Assembly: GCA_951406725.2 (NCBI GenBank)
Contig: OX597815.1
Span: 50,840,001 to 50,904,000, forward strand
Length of the DNA stretch: 64,000 bases
Reading direction: 5' to 3'
Source: Octopus vulgaris
Taxonomy: Eukaryota
Shown here: positions 27,529 to 39,524 of the stretch, in pieces
How positions within the stretch are numbered: position 1 is the first letter of the stretch
Layout: the number at the start of each line of letters is the position of its first letter
Translations under genes and position numbers: made by a program
Notes under the pieces: generated by a model
Told to the model about the DNA's origin: nothing
Database searches by the model: none
Seen by the model: the letters and a program-made list of their open reading frames with translations, nothing else

Positions 27529-28913
27529 TATATCTATCTATCTATCTATCTATCTATCTAGGTCATCCCTAGTATTTATATACTAAAAGAATATATATAT
27601 ACTAAAAGTAAAGAAGCAAGGAAAACTAACTGAATTAATTACTGATAGTACTTAAGGCAAGAATGGCATTATTGTTAGTAGCTTTGTTGCACTGCCTAAA
27701 TTAAGTTATTTATAAAACATTCAAACCGTTTGTTTAATTAACATTGAAGATATTTAGTCAAGCAGTTGAAAATTACTTTCTAAATTAGTATTTTTCATGC
27801 ATTTGTAGATTGAGTATTAAGAAACATAAGAAGTGCAACTTTCCTTGATCATTTTGAAAATGTTGTTACACTTACAAACATGAATACACATACAGATACA
27901 GTAGTGTATACATGCACTTACGTGTCTATTGTATAACCTCAGCAGATGCTGTGAGAAATTAATTCAGAAGAGAAGTATCAATTCATTTTTAATCTTCTTG
28001 AGCAGCGACATTATCTATAATGTGATTTTAGCAGTGTTAACTTAAACTGTACATACTCTATTTCTTAGAACATTTCCTAAGATCAACCTTTCTTAATTTT
28101 TAGTTTTTATTCCAATTAAAGTTGATGGTGTTGTGCTCAGAAAGCTCATTGAATGAGTTTATGCATATGACCCTTTGCATGCACATTCCTTTTGTATGGT
28201 TCTATGTGTTCATGTGTGCAAATGTGAGTGAAAGACAAAGCTGTAGACTCTTTACCATCTTAAACCTTAAGACTGAAACACCTTCCATTAAAAAGTGTCA
28301 TTGAATAAAATAAAAGCAAAATGTCTCTATCTTTTATAAAAATGTTATAGTTCCAAAAGTAAAAATTAATTTTTATTTATAACTTCAATCAAGATTTGAC
28401 AAGGCTTAGCAACAACATAAAACATACAATTATTGAGAGAAAATAATAGCTTTTTTGTTTTTGCCTTTTCCTGAACTGAGTTTCCATGATTTATGTTTAG
28501 AAAAATCTTTTCTATTTAATTTTAAGGGGCTTCTTTCAAATACAGCTAAATTAAGAAAATACCATTTGTTTTTGTCCGTCAAGTTGTTTTAAGAAATTTT
28601 TCCTTTTGAAATTTGTTTTATCTAATCTGTCAACTACCTTTTACAAAATGCCTAAGATTTATAAAACATTTCATTTTTTTTTTTAATTCTTTTCATAAAT
28701 GTTTCTTTTTTCACTTTCCTTTTATTGATAATGTCTCATTTTTTTTTAAACCACAAGCAATCTATGTTTCTGTTTTTATATATTGCCAATTCACAAGTAC
28801 ACTTCAATTCACTTATTAAAAATTGCTTATATTGTAAATAGCATTACCATAAATTAACTACCTATTTGTCAAAAAAATTTGCATTTCGTGTATATATAAT
28901 GGTTGTAATATTT

Positions 28914-28950
28914 ATCCAAATTTCACAACAGTTTATTGTGAAATTTGGAT
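28914..28950. other. Perfect 15-bp hairpin with 7-nt loop
   Basis: atccaaatttcacaa-cagttta-ttgtgaaatttggat. Confidence 0.85.
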
Positions 28951-30544
28951 TCAAAATGGGAATTACTCAGAAGTAATTTTGTAATAATAATTAGAGTATT
29001 TCTAATCTAGTGATGTAAAAATGTTGACTTAAAGTAATTGAAAGTGTAATAAACAGAAATCACTGTAATAAATAAATAAAATTTCATGTCAGAAAGCATA
29101 TTAACCACATTAGATTATGTAACTATTGGGAAATATAAAAGAGGCATTACAAAGCTGTCAAGTCAAAACTTTAATATTCCAAACAACAGGTCGTATTTCT
29201 TGTATTTTTCTCATCATATCTAAAAAGAAAAGAAAAAATTCTGATAATTCTCATTTACAACTAAAGCTTCTGTGGCTACTTAGCAATTTTTTTTATTAGA
29301 TATTGTTGAAAGAAAAGAGACTTTGGGAAAAAAAATGATATTTGTTTTTTTCCTTATTACATTTCATTTAATGCTATGGTTATCTCACTTAACCTTATGA
29401 CATAAGTAAATACCCCCCAATAGCGAAACTATTTTATTCCCTTGTGCCTCCTTTATTTGTGTCTGTTGTACTTATCAAGTTTATGCTCGAGTGAATTTGA
29501 CAGTAAACAGTTTTCATAAGTGGATCTCTCAGAAAAAGGGGAAAAAATAATAAAAAAGAAAACAAAAAACGGAAACATGACGAGGAAAAAAAGCTTTGTT
29601 GATAAAAAAAAATGGCATATTTTTTTGTTGACAATTTCCATAAAGTCTCTTTGAGGAATGACAGTGTTCTATCAATTGTTGAAAGAAATGGTTATGTATT
29701 TTTCACCAGTAATCCTCCCAGATTACTTCTACTATGCAATTCTAAAGAAGGTTTTAAAACGTAAGGGAACTGAAACATGTAAAAAGCAAAAATGAAAGAA
29801 AACATAAGCTTTTTATTTATCCTTTCCCCTTGAATTACTTGCTCACTGCATGTGGTTTATTCCTTCAAATGTTTTTAGAATCAATTGTCTTTTATGTAAT
29901 AACATATCAGAACCAACATGTTAGACAAATATTCTTAAATATATGTAAAAAGCTTTTGCTCACAGAATATATATGATCTATAAATATCTTTTTACACACA
30001 CACATACCCACACACACACATGTGTGTGTATGTGCAGATGTATATAGCTCAAAATAATTTGAAATTCAACAGTTTTCCTTTTCAGTTTTGTGTTATTAAA
30101 ATGGATTATTTGAGATTATTTAAGAGTGTACTTCATATGTTTTTATGAATATATCATGAAATATCAGATGTATATTTTTTTATTTCATTGAAGTCAGTAA
30201 TTTCTTTTCTTGATATTGATTGTTATATTAATTGGGGATTTTATTTAAATTATCCAATATTACTTTAGTCTGTTTGAAAAGAAATAATTCATAAGGGTGT
30301 ATAAAAATGTGAAATATCTGCTTATCAGTTTACACTATATGGCAATAATATGTTACCAAATACTTAAACCTTAGTAACAGGTATCTGAAAGTTTTGATAT
30401 TGTCATGGAAAACTACCTCAGGGAGGTGATCGGCATAATAAACATGCTATGTCTCACATATGTGATATACTTAGTTGAAAAAGTTTGATCAACTGAGATT
30501 ATCCATGCCATGAGTAGACAAAACCACTCTTCGAGGATGTTTAA

Positions 30545-30768
30545 CCTTTTATCATTCAGATTAGTCTGTCTAATATATTTTTTATCAATTCATATTTTTA
30601 AAAATTAATCAATAACACTTTATCTCATGGCTTTGAGATTTCAGTAATGTGATTGTTTAGTTTTAAAATGATGTTGCAGGGTAATTGTTAGAGACTGTAT
30701 CTGGCCAGTTTGAACATAAAGTAGCTACAACATTTGAGCTGGATATGACCAGTTTCAATGCTAAAGGG
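30545..30768 (-). mobile_element. piggyBac-like MITE with TTAA target-site duplication
   Basis: TTAA(30541-30544)-ccttttatcattcaga...aatgctaaaggg-TTAA(30769-30772). Internal ctggccagtttgaacataaa is the reverse complement of the matching part of the 19282 copy. Confidence 0.75.
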
Positions 30769-30800
30769 TTAAAATCTAAAAACTGACCACAAGAGAGATA

Positions 30801-30879
30801 ATTTTTATTAGATTTATATGGACAATGTAGTTGGTCAAGATTTTTATTAGATTTATATGGACAATCTCAGTTGGTCAAG
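30801..30879 (+). repeat. 39-40 bp tandem duplication
   Basis: Two adjacent copies of atttttattagatttatatggacaat(gt/ctc)agttggtcaag. Confidence 0.9.
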
Positions 30880-32275
30880 GTTTTTCACTTCACTATATTG
30901 CAAATGTGTAACCTTCTGTGTTTGTACTTAGTAAATTAAATATTCACCTGAGATGTTTTCCTCTCAATCATATCATCGAACCATTTACTCTGTTTCTGTA
31001 TATATAGTGAGCACTTCTTAATCATACCATCTGAGTGGAATATGCTTGTTCAAAAGAGATCCAACATGACCAAAGCATATCTGTTACTTTTACCATCTGA
31101 CATTAAGGACCAGATTCACTCTAAACTGCATTATCGGTTTTATCCCAAAATTTCAATCCCTTGATGTTATTGGAGTTACTCTGCTTGCATATTTTTAGAT
31201 TTTAGTCCCCTACAGAGAGAGATTTTGTTTACAAAATTCTTCAACAATCTTAGTTGATGTTTTAAAGTCTTATTTAAACACATCAGTGAATAAAACTGAG
31301 TTTTTTTTATTTGTTATATATTAAGGCATAGACCAATTCCATATTGATATACCATTTTGATGATAAACATATTTCATGGGGCAAAAATATCTTTTATTCA
31401 GAATTTTACCCTTTTTTTTATTAAACTTTCAATAATATGATTGGTATATAGTTTAATGTGAGAAAAAATATAATGAAGAAAGAAATCTGCATCAACAATC
31501 AATAAATAATTATATCATGAATGGAAATTTTTGCCTTATTGATAAAAATATAAAAGTGCAGTCTGTATTGTAATCAGTTACACTTCTTAGAAAATGTTTG
31601 TAAATGTTTTGTAAAAATAAGATAAAAAAATTATTGTCATCTATATGTGTTGAATTTTTTATCTGTGACATTCTTCATTTGTCAAACCTTTTCATAGAAT
31701 GCAATATTAAATATACATTGCACAACATTTAGAAATATTATAGCTTACTATATGCATAAATATTCTATATTTTATACTTCCTAGTATGTACAGATATATT
31801 CACAAATTTAATTTTTAATTATTGTAATCTTTATTAATTTTGGAATTTCATCAAGACTGTCAATATGCTTACAAAAAATTGTATCCATGTTTCATTATAT
31901 ACCATCAGCTGGGTTTTTTCATTTTTACATTAAACTAGGCAGATGTGTAGCTTCATGTAGCTAATAGAGATGATTTTTAAGCATGTTATTTTGACTCCCA
32001 ATCTGTGCTAATATTTAATATATGTAATATCAATTAAAAGAAATTAACTGTCATCAAAATTAATTATGAATTTGCTTCTTTTTGATTAAAACAGTTGCAA
32101 TAATTATGTTTCAAATCCTTGAAATTTTTCCCCCTATAATTACTACTCTTCAAAAAGAAAGAAGCTGGTTGATTCACTACCTGTAAATAAACTTACTAAA
32201 TTAGCTTCAGTTTTCTTCAAACAGTTCACTTTTACCAGGTGTAATTACTTACATGCAATGTTGCTAATGAACGAT

Positions 32276-32758
32276 GCCCATCTTCAATTATTATAGCAAT
32301 AAAGGTTGGTTCATCTATGGTTTAAATCCAAGAAGGATGAGAAAGGAATGAAAAAAATAAATATTTGTAGTATTTGAAAAAAATAATGTAATCTTAGAAT
32401 GAAAACTGCTCACAGTATATAAGTTATTGCATAACAAAAATTTTCTTATTAATCATGAGCACTACACTTGGTGTTGAAAAGTTCTTCAATTCATTTCAAT
32501 AGGAAAAAACTTTAAGAAGTTTGCATATTATCTTTATTACTGTCATTGACACTACATCCAACATCACCAAGTGTAGTGCTCATGATTAATAAAAAAAAAT
32601 TTGTTATACAATACCTTATATACTGTGAGCAGTTTTCATTCTAAGACTACATTATGTTTTCAAATACTACAAATATTTTGTTTCATTCTTTTTTCATCCT
32701 TCTTGGATTTAAATCATAGATGAACCAACCTTTATTGCTATAATAATTGAAGATGGGC
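32276..32758. repeat. Long inverted repeat: arms 32276-32476 and 32562-32758, loop about 85 nt
   Basis: gcccatcttcaattattatagcaataaaggttggttcatctat... versus ...atagatgaaccaacctttattgctataataattgaagatgggc; the arms are colinear throughout with few mismatches. Confidence 0.95.
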
Positions 32759-34824
32759 TACTTTTTCTTGGAAGTAATTTTATGCACAGAGTAAAAATAT
32801 TTATATTATTTTTCAAATTGAAATTTCATTTTGAAATTGAATAAGTTCACTAGTATGTTAAAAAAAATAAAACACATTTCATGAAATTTATCATCCCTTT
32901 AAATATTTTATATGCAGATGTGTCACTACACATGGTGACTAAATAAAAATGGCAACATTTTAAAACTTCTAAATAGTGATTAGACAATATGTCCTATAAC
33001 TTACATATGCAGTATCTCTCAAAACATGAAGCAAAAATTATCTGATAATACTTGACCACTTGCTTTTTTCTTAGTTACACCAAGCCTTCTTCACACACAA
33101 TTGGTCCCTGAATAATGGAAGCTTTGTAAAAAACAGTATCTCGCAGTTGAAATTGTGCGCATTTTCAGTATTAGAAATTTTTTGCACAAAGAGATATACA
33201 GTTTCTTGACTGACAAATATTCTCTTTAACTCCCTTCATTCTTCAACTTTCTTTAATTTCTTCTACTGTTAAAACAACTTCTCCACAGCAGTCTTTGTTC
33301 CTATAGTATATTTATTCTCTTATGTTCGTCCTTATACCGCATGTATTTTCACTTAAATCAAACATTAACTGCAATAACATGGTTTAAAACAGTCTCTGCA
33401 AGCCATATGCATAACTGTAGTTAGTTAAAACAACTTTGTCTACTTGAAACATACTGGCTAACGATTCATGTGTTAGGGTTAGTATATGAGCGCATGTGTG
33501 TGAGATTATACACAAATAATGCTTCAGTTGAGATAATGCAAATGGTAAGGAGCTAGGTCAGATGCTTTACAATATTTATATTGGTATCTCGCATTTCTTC
33601 TTTAAATTGCAATGAGGTTTTCAACCTTCTAAAGTCAATAAAATGCCAGTAATATATTGTGAGCAAATGAGTAGCTTTCTGAGAAAAATGCTCTTGTTCT
33701 TCGTCAAAAGGAATTTTTACATACAAAGATAATTTTTAAATGTTTTCCTAGCTCATAATGTTATTACATTGTAAATTATCTATGTTATAGAAAGAGATGA
33801 TCATGTACCCATTATTTATATTTGGATTAAAACAACAAAAGTTTATTGTTGAGATGTTTTCTTTATTTAATGATATGGCAGTGACTCATTAGATGTCATT
33901 ACACTATATTTCAAAATTTTGCTTGCTTAACATTTTTTTTTATCAAAATGACCTGATTATTACTAATTCTATTTGTTTTTTTTTTCTATGAATCTTTTCC
34001 TATAAATTTAAATTGTAATAATTATTTATGTAAGCATTAGCTATCTAGATTTACATACACTTATAGAAATACTGCTTATACAATCACTGATAGTTTTATT
34101 ATTATTATTATTATTATCATTATTATTATTATTATTATTAATGCTTTACAGTCTGTGATTGTTGTCATTGGTTATACAACAAATTTCTGATTAGATAAAA
34201 TTTTTGTTGCATTAATGAATTCTTTTTAGTAGTATAAATAAATAATGCCTTCCCCCAACTTATTATCTTCCTCTCTTAAAGCAACATTTTGATTTTCATA
34301 TATTTTCAGAATTGTACTTCTTATTTCGTTGCCAATTCAATCTTCCTTGAATCATTTTGATGCTGGGCTAAATTTGACACCTCTTATAAGTTATAGCCAT
34401 AATTTTCGACTCTTCCTTGTTATAAATAGTCTATGTCATTAGCACCCCTTAGAAGAAAGAAATATGTTCAGTCACATCAAAGACATCAAATTTATATAGT
34501 GCAATTTATACACAGATGATGGATGGTACTATGTTAGCTTCTTCACCAACAACAAAGTTCTGATGGAAATTGGTTAAAGCTTCCTTATCCTTACTTGTGT
34601 CATCTACATCTGTCTACAAAATCATAAGTATTATTGGCCATTGTAAGCTGGTCAATTACTTCAACACATTTTCTACCTTTGTAAATATGGTTGTAAAATG
34701 CTTCAGGCAATTTGGAATAGTCAAGGAGAACTGGGATCAGCTCTCACTAGATAACTGCTGAATTTATGAAGTCTGTGTTATTTACATATTACAATGGATC
34801 AACAGCAAACATAACAGAACAAAA

Positions 34825-35277
34825 AAAAGTTCTTGAATTCATTTCAATATTAAAAAGCTTTAAGAAGTTTGCATATTATCTTTATTATTGTCATTGACAC
34901 TACATCCAACAACACCAAGTGTATTGCTCATGATTAATAAGGAAATTTTTGTTATGCAATACCTTATATACTGTGAGCAGTTTTCATTCTAAGACTACAT
35001 TATTTTTTTCAAATACTACAAATATTTATTTTTGTCATTCTTTTCTCATCTTTCTTAGATCTAAACCATAGATGAACCAACATTTATTGCTATAATAATT
35101 GAAGATGGGCTACTTTTTCTTGCACAGAGTAAAAATATTTATATTATTTTTCAAATTGAAATTTCATAAGTTCACCTATATGTTAAAAAAAAAATAGGAT
35201 GCATTTCTTAAAATTTATCATCCCTTTAAATATTTTCTATGCAGATGTGTCACTACACATGGTGACTAAATAAAAAT
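34825..35277 (+). repeat. Direct repeat of 32477-32950, containing a third copy of the inverted-repeat arm
   Basis: aaaagttctt.aattcatttcaata...gcagatgtgtcactacacatggtgactaaataaaaat occurs at both loci; two small deletions in this copy. Confidence 0.95.
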
Positions 35278-35297
35278 ATTACTTATATTTATTTACA

Positions 35298-35330
<33 letters not shown>

Positions 35331-37130
35331 CATCATCATCATCATCATGGTGTTGTTGTAGGTTACTTCAATTATTTTTGTTTCCTCTCAAGCATTTTGT
35401 TGCATAAACTAAATATGTATTTTATCAAAGTTCACAAACAGCGGAAATGCTTCAGTAACTATGTCATCATTTCTAATCTTAAGTGAAGATTGTTTTAAAA
35501 ATTAAGATAATAGTTGTAATTTTTAAGTACAAAGAAAATCATTTCTATTTAGGTATTTCTAATCTTTAGAATCTACAGCAAAAGAAACATGTGAAACATT
35601 TATATTTGTTTTTTAACTATGGAAAAGAAGAAAGACTATATATTCAAGAAAATCATTTTCCATGTTCTCTCTTCACCCCGAAAATTTTACTATTGTTATC
35701 TTTAGATTTTATGTAGTATGTTTTTTTTTCTTTTACATCTGATCTGATTTATTTTGTTCTACTTTTATGATTCATTGAAGTGGGTGGAGTCTTTTTCATT
35801 GTAAGTTATTGTATTTCTTAATGTTTAGCTTTGATTCATTCTTCCCTGATCTATCAATTTAGCTTCCTGCCATTAACCCTTCATGTACCAAAGTTTCATT
35901 GAAACTAGTGTTTTTTAATCTGAAACAAGAGTTCAACAAAGTACTTGTAACTACTTTATTACATTTTCAGCAGAATTTTTCTAACCTTCTGTTGTCACTA
36001 TATAAACAACAGCTGTGAATATTTTATTTACTAGAAATTTAAAACTTTTTACACTTGTATTTCTTTAAAAGCATTTTATATTAAGAAAAAAAAAACTTCT
36101 GGTTATGATATTATCATTACTTTTGTAAACATGTTATTTATTTTCTTCATAAACTAAAAATTCACTCGTGGGACTACTTTTTTTAATAATTTTATATTAT
36201 ATCAAAAGTGAAGAAGTTCTCTAAATACTGATTTATTTTTCTTTACATGAACTAACTTTTCAGTTAGTGATTTCAAATCAAAGCATCTTTACATACAAAA
36301 CTGCATTTTCTCATAGATTGTACAAAATACAACTGGCAGATAATATATATTAGAGCTCTTGAAAAGACTCATTCATTCATAAAAAGAAATGTATACAATA
36401 ATTAAAGTCTCAAAGTTTATTTAGTATGATTTTAAATAGTTTTTTATTTCAAAAATATACTAAACTATTGTTGAATTACTCTAGTGTAACAAAATACTGA
36501 AGTTGGTAAAGATCTTTTTAGAATAAAAGGATATATAGACGGAATTTCACAAATTTGTGTTGTTATTAAGTTTAAAAGATGCATGCATCTTGTCATTTAA
36601 CGGTTAATGTTTAGGTACAAACATACAATGTTCTTTTACTAAACCCACAGGATCAATTTAATAGAATCGTTCTAAGACAAATGTACATACTTCCATGAAT
36701 CCCAACAGGCTTACTAAGGTTGCCATTTAGCTCTTATTTTATAGTTAAATAAGTAAATTTTTCTTTAATTTGAATATATACCTTATCATGAAAGATCAAT
36801 TAACTAAAACTCATGTGTACTACACAAATATACAGTGCATTGCTCACAGGGAGATAGAACAGAACACCTACTAGTTAGTATTCAATGCTATATGAAGTCA
36901 TAAATCTAATTTGTATGGAATCAAACACTTTATTTAAATACAAGCAAATTATCCAGATATAGCTCAAATTGCTTTGCTTTGAGCTCTCTGTGTTGGGCTC
37001 CCCACGTTGGGCCCCTGCTTTGAGCTCTCTGCTCATGTCATGAGAATTCAATTCTGACAAAACTCATCTCTCTCCTCTTCAGGTCTGACTATTGCTGATT
37101 TCTACTAGAGGTAGAAAGAGAGAGAAACAA

Positions 37131-37291
37131 GATTATCAGCTCTAGTACTCAACTAGTACTTTGTATATCGACCTGAAGTGAATAAAAGACAAAGTTGATT
37201 TGGTGGGATTTGAACTCAGAGTGCAAAGACCTGGAACAGACATCACAGGGCATTTTTTTTCAATGGTCCAGTGATTCTGGCAATTCACCAC
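37131..37291 (-). mobile_element. Degraded family C SINE
   Basis: agtactcaactagtactt...aaagacaaagttgat...gggatttgaactcaga...gattctggcaattcacc. Confidence 0.6.
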
Positions 37292-37777
37292 ATTAATCTA
37301 ATTCTCTAGTGAGGAAAACTAAGGCATGTAGAATTTACCATGTTTTGCCTAGAGCTACAGCAAAATGTCGATAGTAAGATTTTGAGCTCATGACCCATGA
37401 AACAGCAGCCTGCTACCATTCAAAGTGCACATATATGCATATGTATGTGGCCAAAACATTACCACTTTCATCAAGTATATACAAAGGAGAGAGGTAGCAG
37501 GGGTAATTTCATAAGACGTCACTGTTGCTATGTACAAAACCAGGATAGCTAAGAGAACTCAACTCATCGATATGAAGAGTGAATGGAATTAAATTGTGTA
37601 TGTATGTGTATATGTGTATGTGTACATATATACACATGCACACACACACATGCACTTTGTTATATATATTATATACACATCATAAATAATAGATATTATA
37701 TAATATATGTAATATATATATACTATATAAATATCATACATATATATTATGTATATTTTATACATATATTCACACAC

Positions 37778-37828
<51 letters not shown>

Positions 37829-39493
37829 ATGGAAATTAACTAGAATATTGTAAAAGTAGATTAGCTTTTTCCTAATTCTTTTTCTTTTTTTATGGGAAAC
37901 AACATTAACATGATCAATATATAAAAAAAAAAGTATTAATCTGAACAGTCTTTCATTTTCTCCATTTATTTTTTTTTTTTACCACCCACCCACCTTTTGC
38001 AGTTCAGTTAAAGCTAAGGATATTTATTAAATGAATTTGTTAAACATTACATCTCTGGGTTTGGATAACATGTAACTAAACTGTGGCTATGGTTGAGTGG
38101 TAGGTTATTTTATGAATGTTGATGTTTTATTGATAGTACTGGGTATATTATTGATTGAAGAGTATTGGGATTATGTACAAAATCAAATATTTTCTTTACC
38201 ATGACTTTGATCAAAGCACCATTTGCTTACATTACAATATAATATCTGGCTTAGTTACTCAGAGTGCCTTTGTTCACTGAAATGGTTAAGTTGTTTAAAT
38301 TTAAATAGAGGACTTTCAATTACTTGTGTAAAGTGAAATATGGAGCTAATATAGTTGAAGTCAAAAATGTATGCAGACGAAAACTACTGAAATCATAGGA
38401 ACCAGTCTAAGCTAGCTTGTTCTTTATCATTTTTACAACTTTGTCTTCTTCATTGTTGTCCTCTTTTGTTCAACTTCAAGCTAACTTAGGAATGGTATTC
38501 TCACTTTGAATACAGCCCACAATTGTGAACACATATTGATCCTCTGTTATATTGAATAGTGAACTGCTCTGCATGCATCAGTAGCAGGAGTATGTACATT
38601 CCTTTAGATCTATTTGTTGTTCAGGGCAGCACATGGTCATCCACGTCTTTTAGCAGTAGACAACCAAGCCACAAATAGCTCTTAAGTAGACTGCTTGAGA
38701 AGCAGGCATGTAAATGAAATGGCATTGTACACCTATGTTAGTATCACAATATAATGCTGACTGCATATTACAAACTTGCTTTTATTTTTAAGAGCTATTG
38801 ACAAGTTTGATTTCATTCTTCTTGATATATATTAGTCAGGACCATCCAGAATTGCCGGCTTCTTCATGAGTATGTTTACTTCTTCAGATCATTGCTGTAG
38901 CTAGTTGGGGTCTTTTTGGGGTCATATTAAAACTCATTCATCCTGAAATATAAGTATATTATGCATAGTAAATCTCTACATTGCGGAAATAGGTGCAGTA
39001 TTTTCCTGACCAAAGAGAAGAGTGAAAGCAGTTGTTCTGAACTATCAAAGTCAAAATACAATAATTATATCATAAAACCTTTGATAAATTCATGCGTCAT
39101 AGCTCATAGAAAAACAGAAAGCTTCTGTTGAAAAATAAAACAATATGGCTATATTACATTCCTTGCATTAGTAAAGAACTGCCGAAGGCAATAATTACCA
39201 TTATAGTCAAAAGAATTTCATTGCAAACATGAATAACAATAATATAAAGTTTGTATTTGTCATGTAATTCATAACACAAGTGTTCTCAACAAATCTCTCT
39301 TCTTGTTAATATTAGTGTCTTCCTCTAAATATATTTCTCTATTTGTTAACAGCTTTCTTAATCCATAACATACATGCTACTTGGCTTTTTCTTTCTACTA
39401 AAGAAATATTTATAAGATATTCCGAATTTTCAGGTAAAAGCAATTGTAGTATTATTGTAGATGACAGAAAGCCTAAGATGTGTGTGTGTATAC

Positions 39494-39524
<31 letters not shown>

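Noticed and set aside
30801-30879. CRISPR-like direct repeats
   Set aside because: Two abutting copies with no spacers in eukaryotic intron DNA; a simple tandem duplication.
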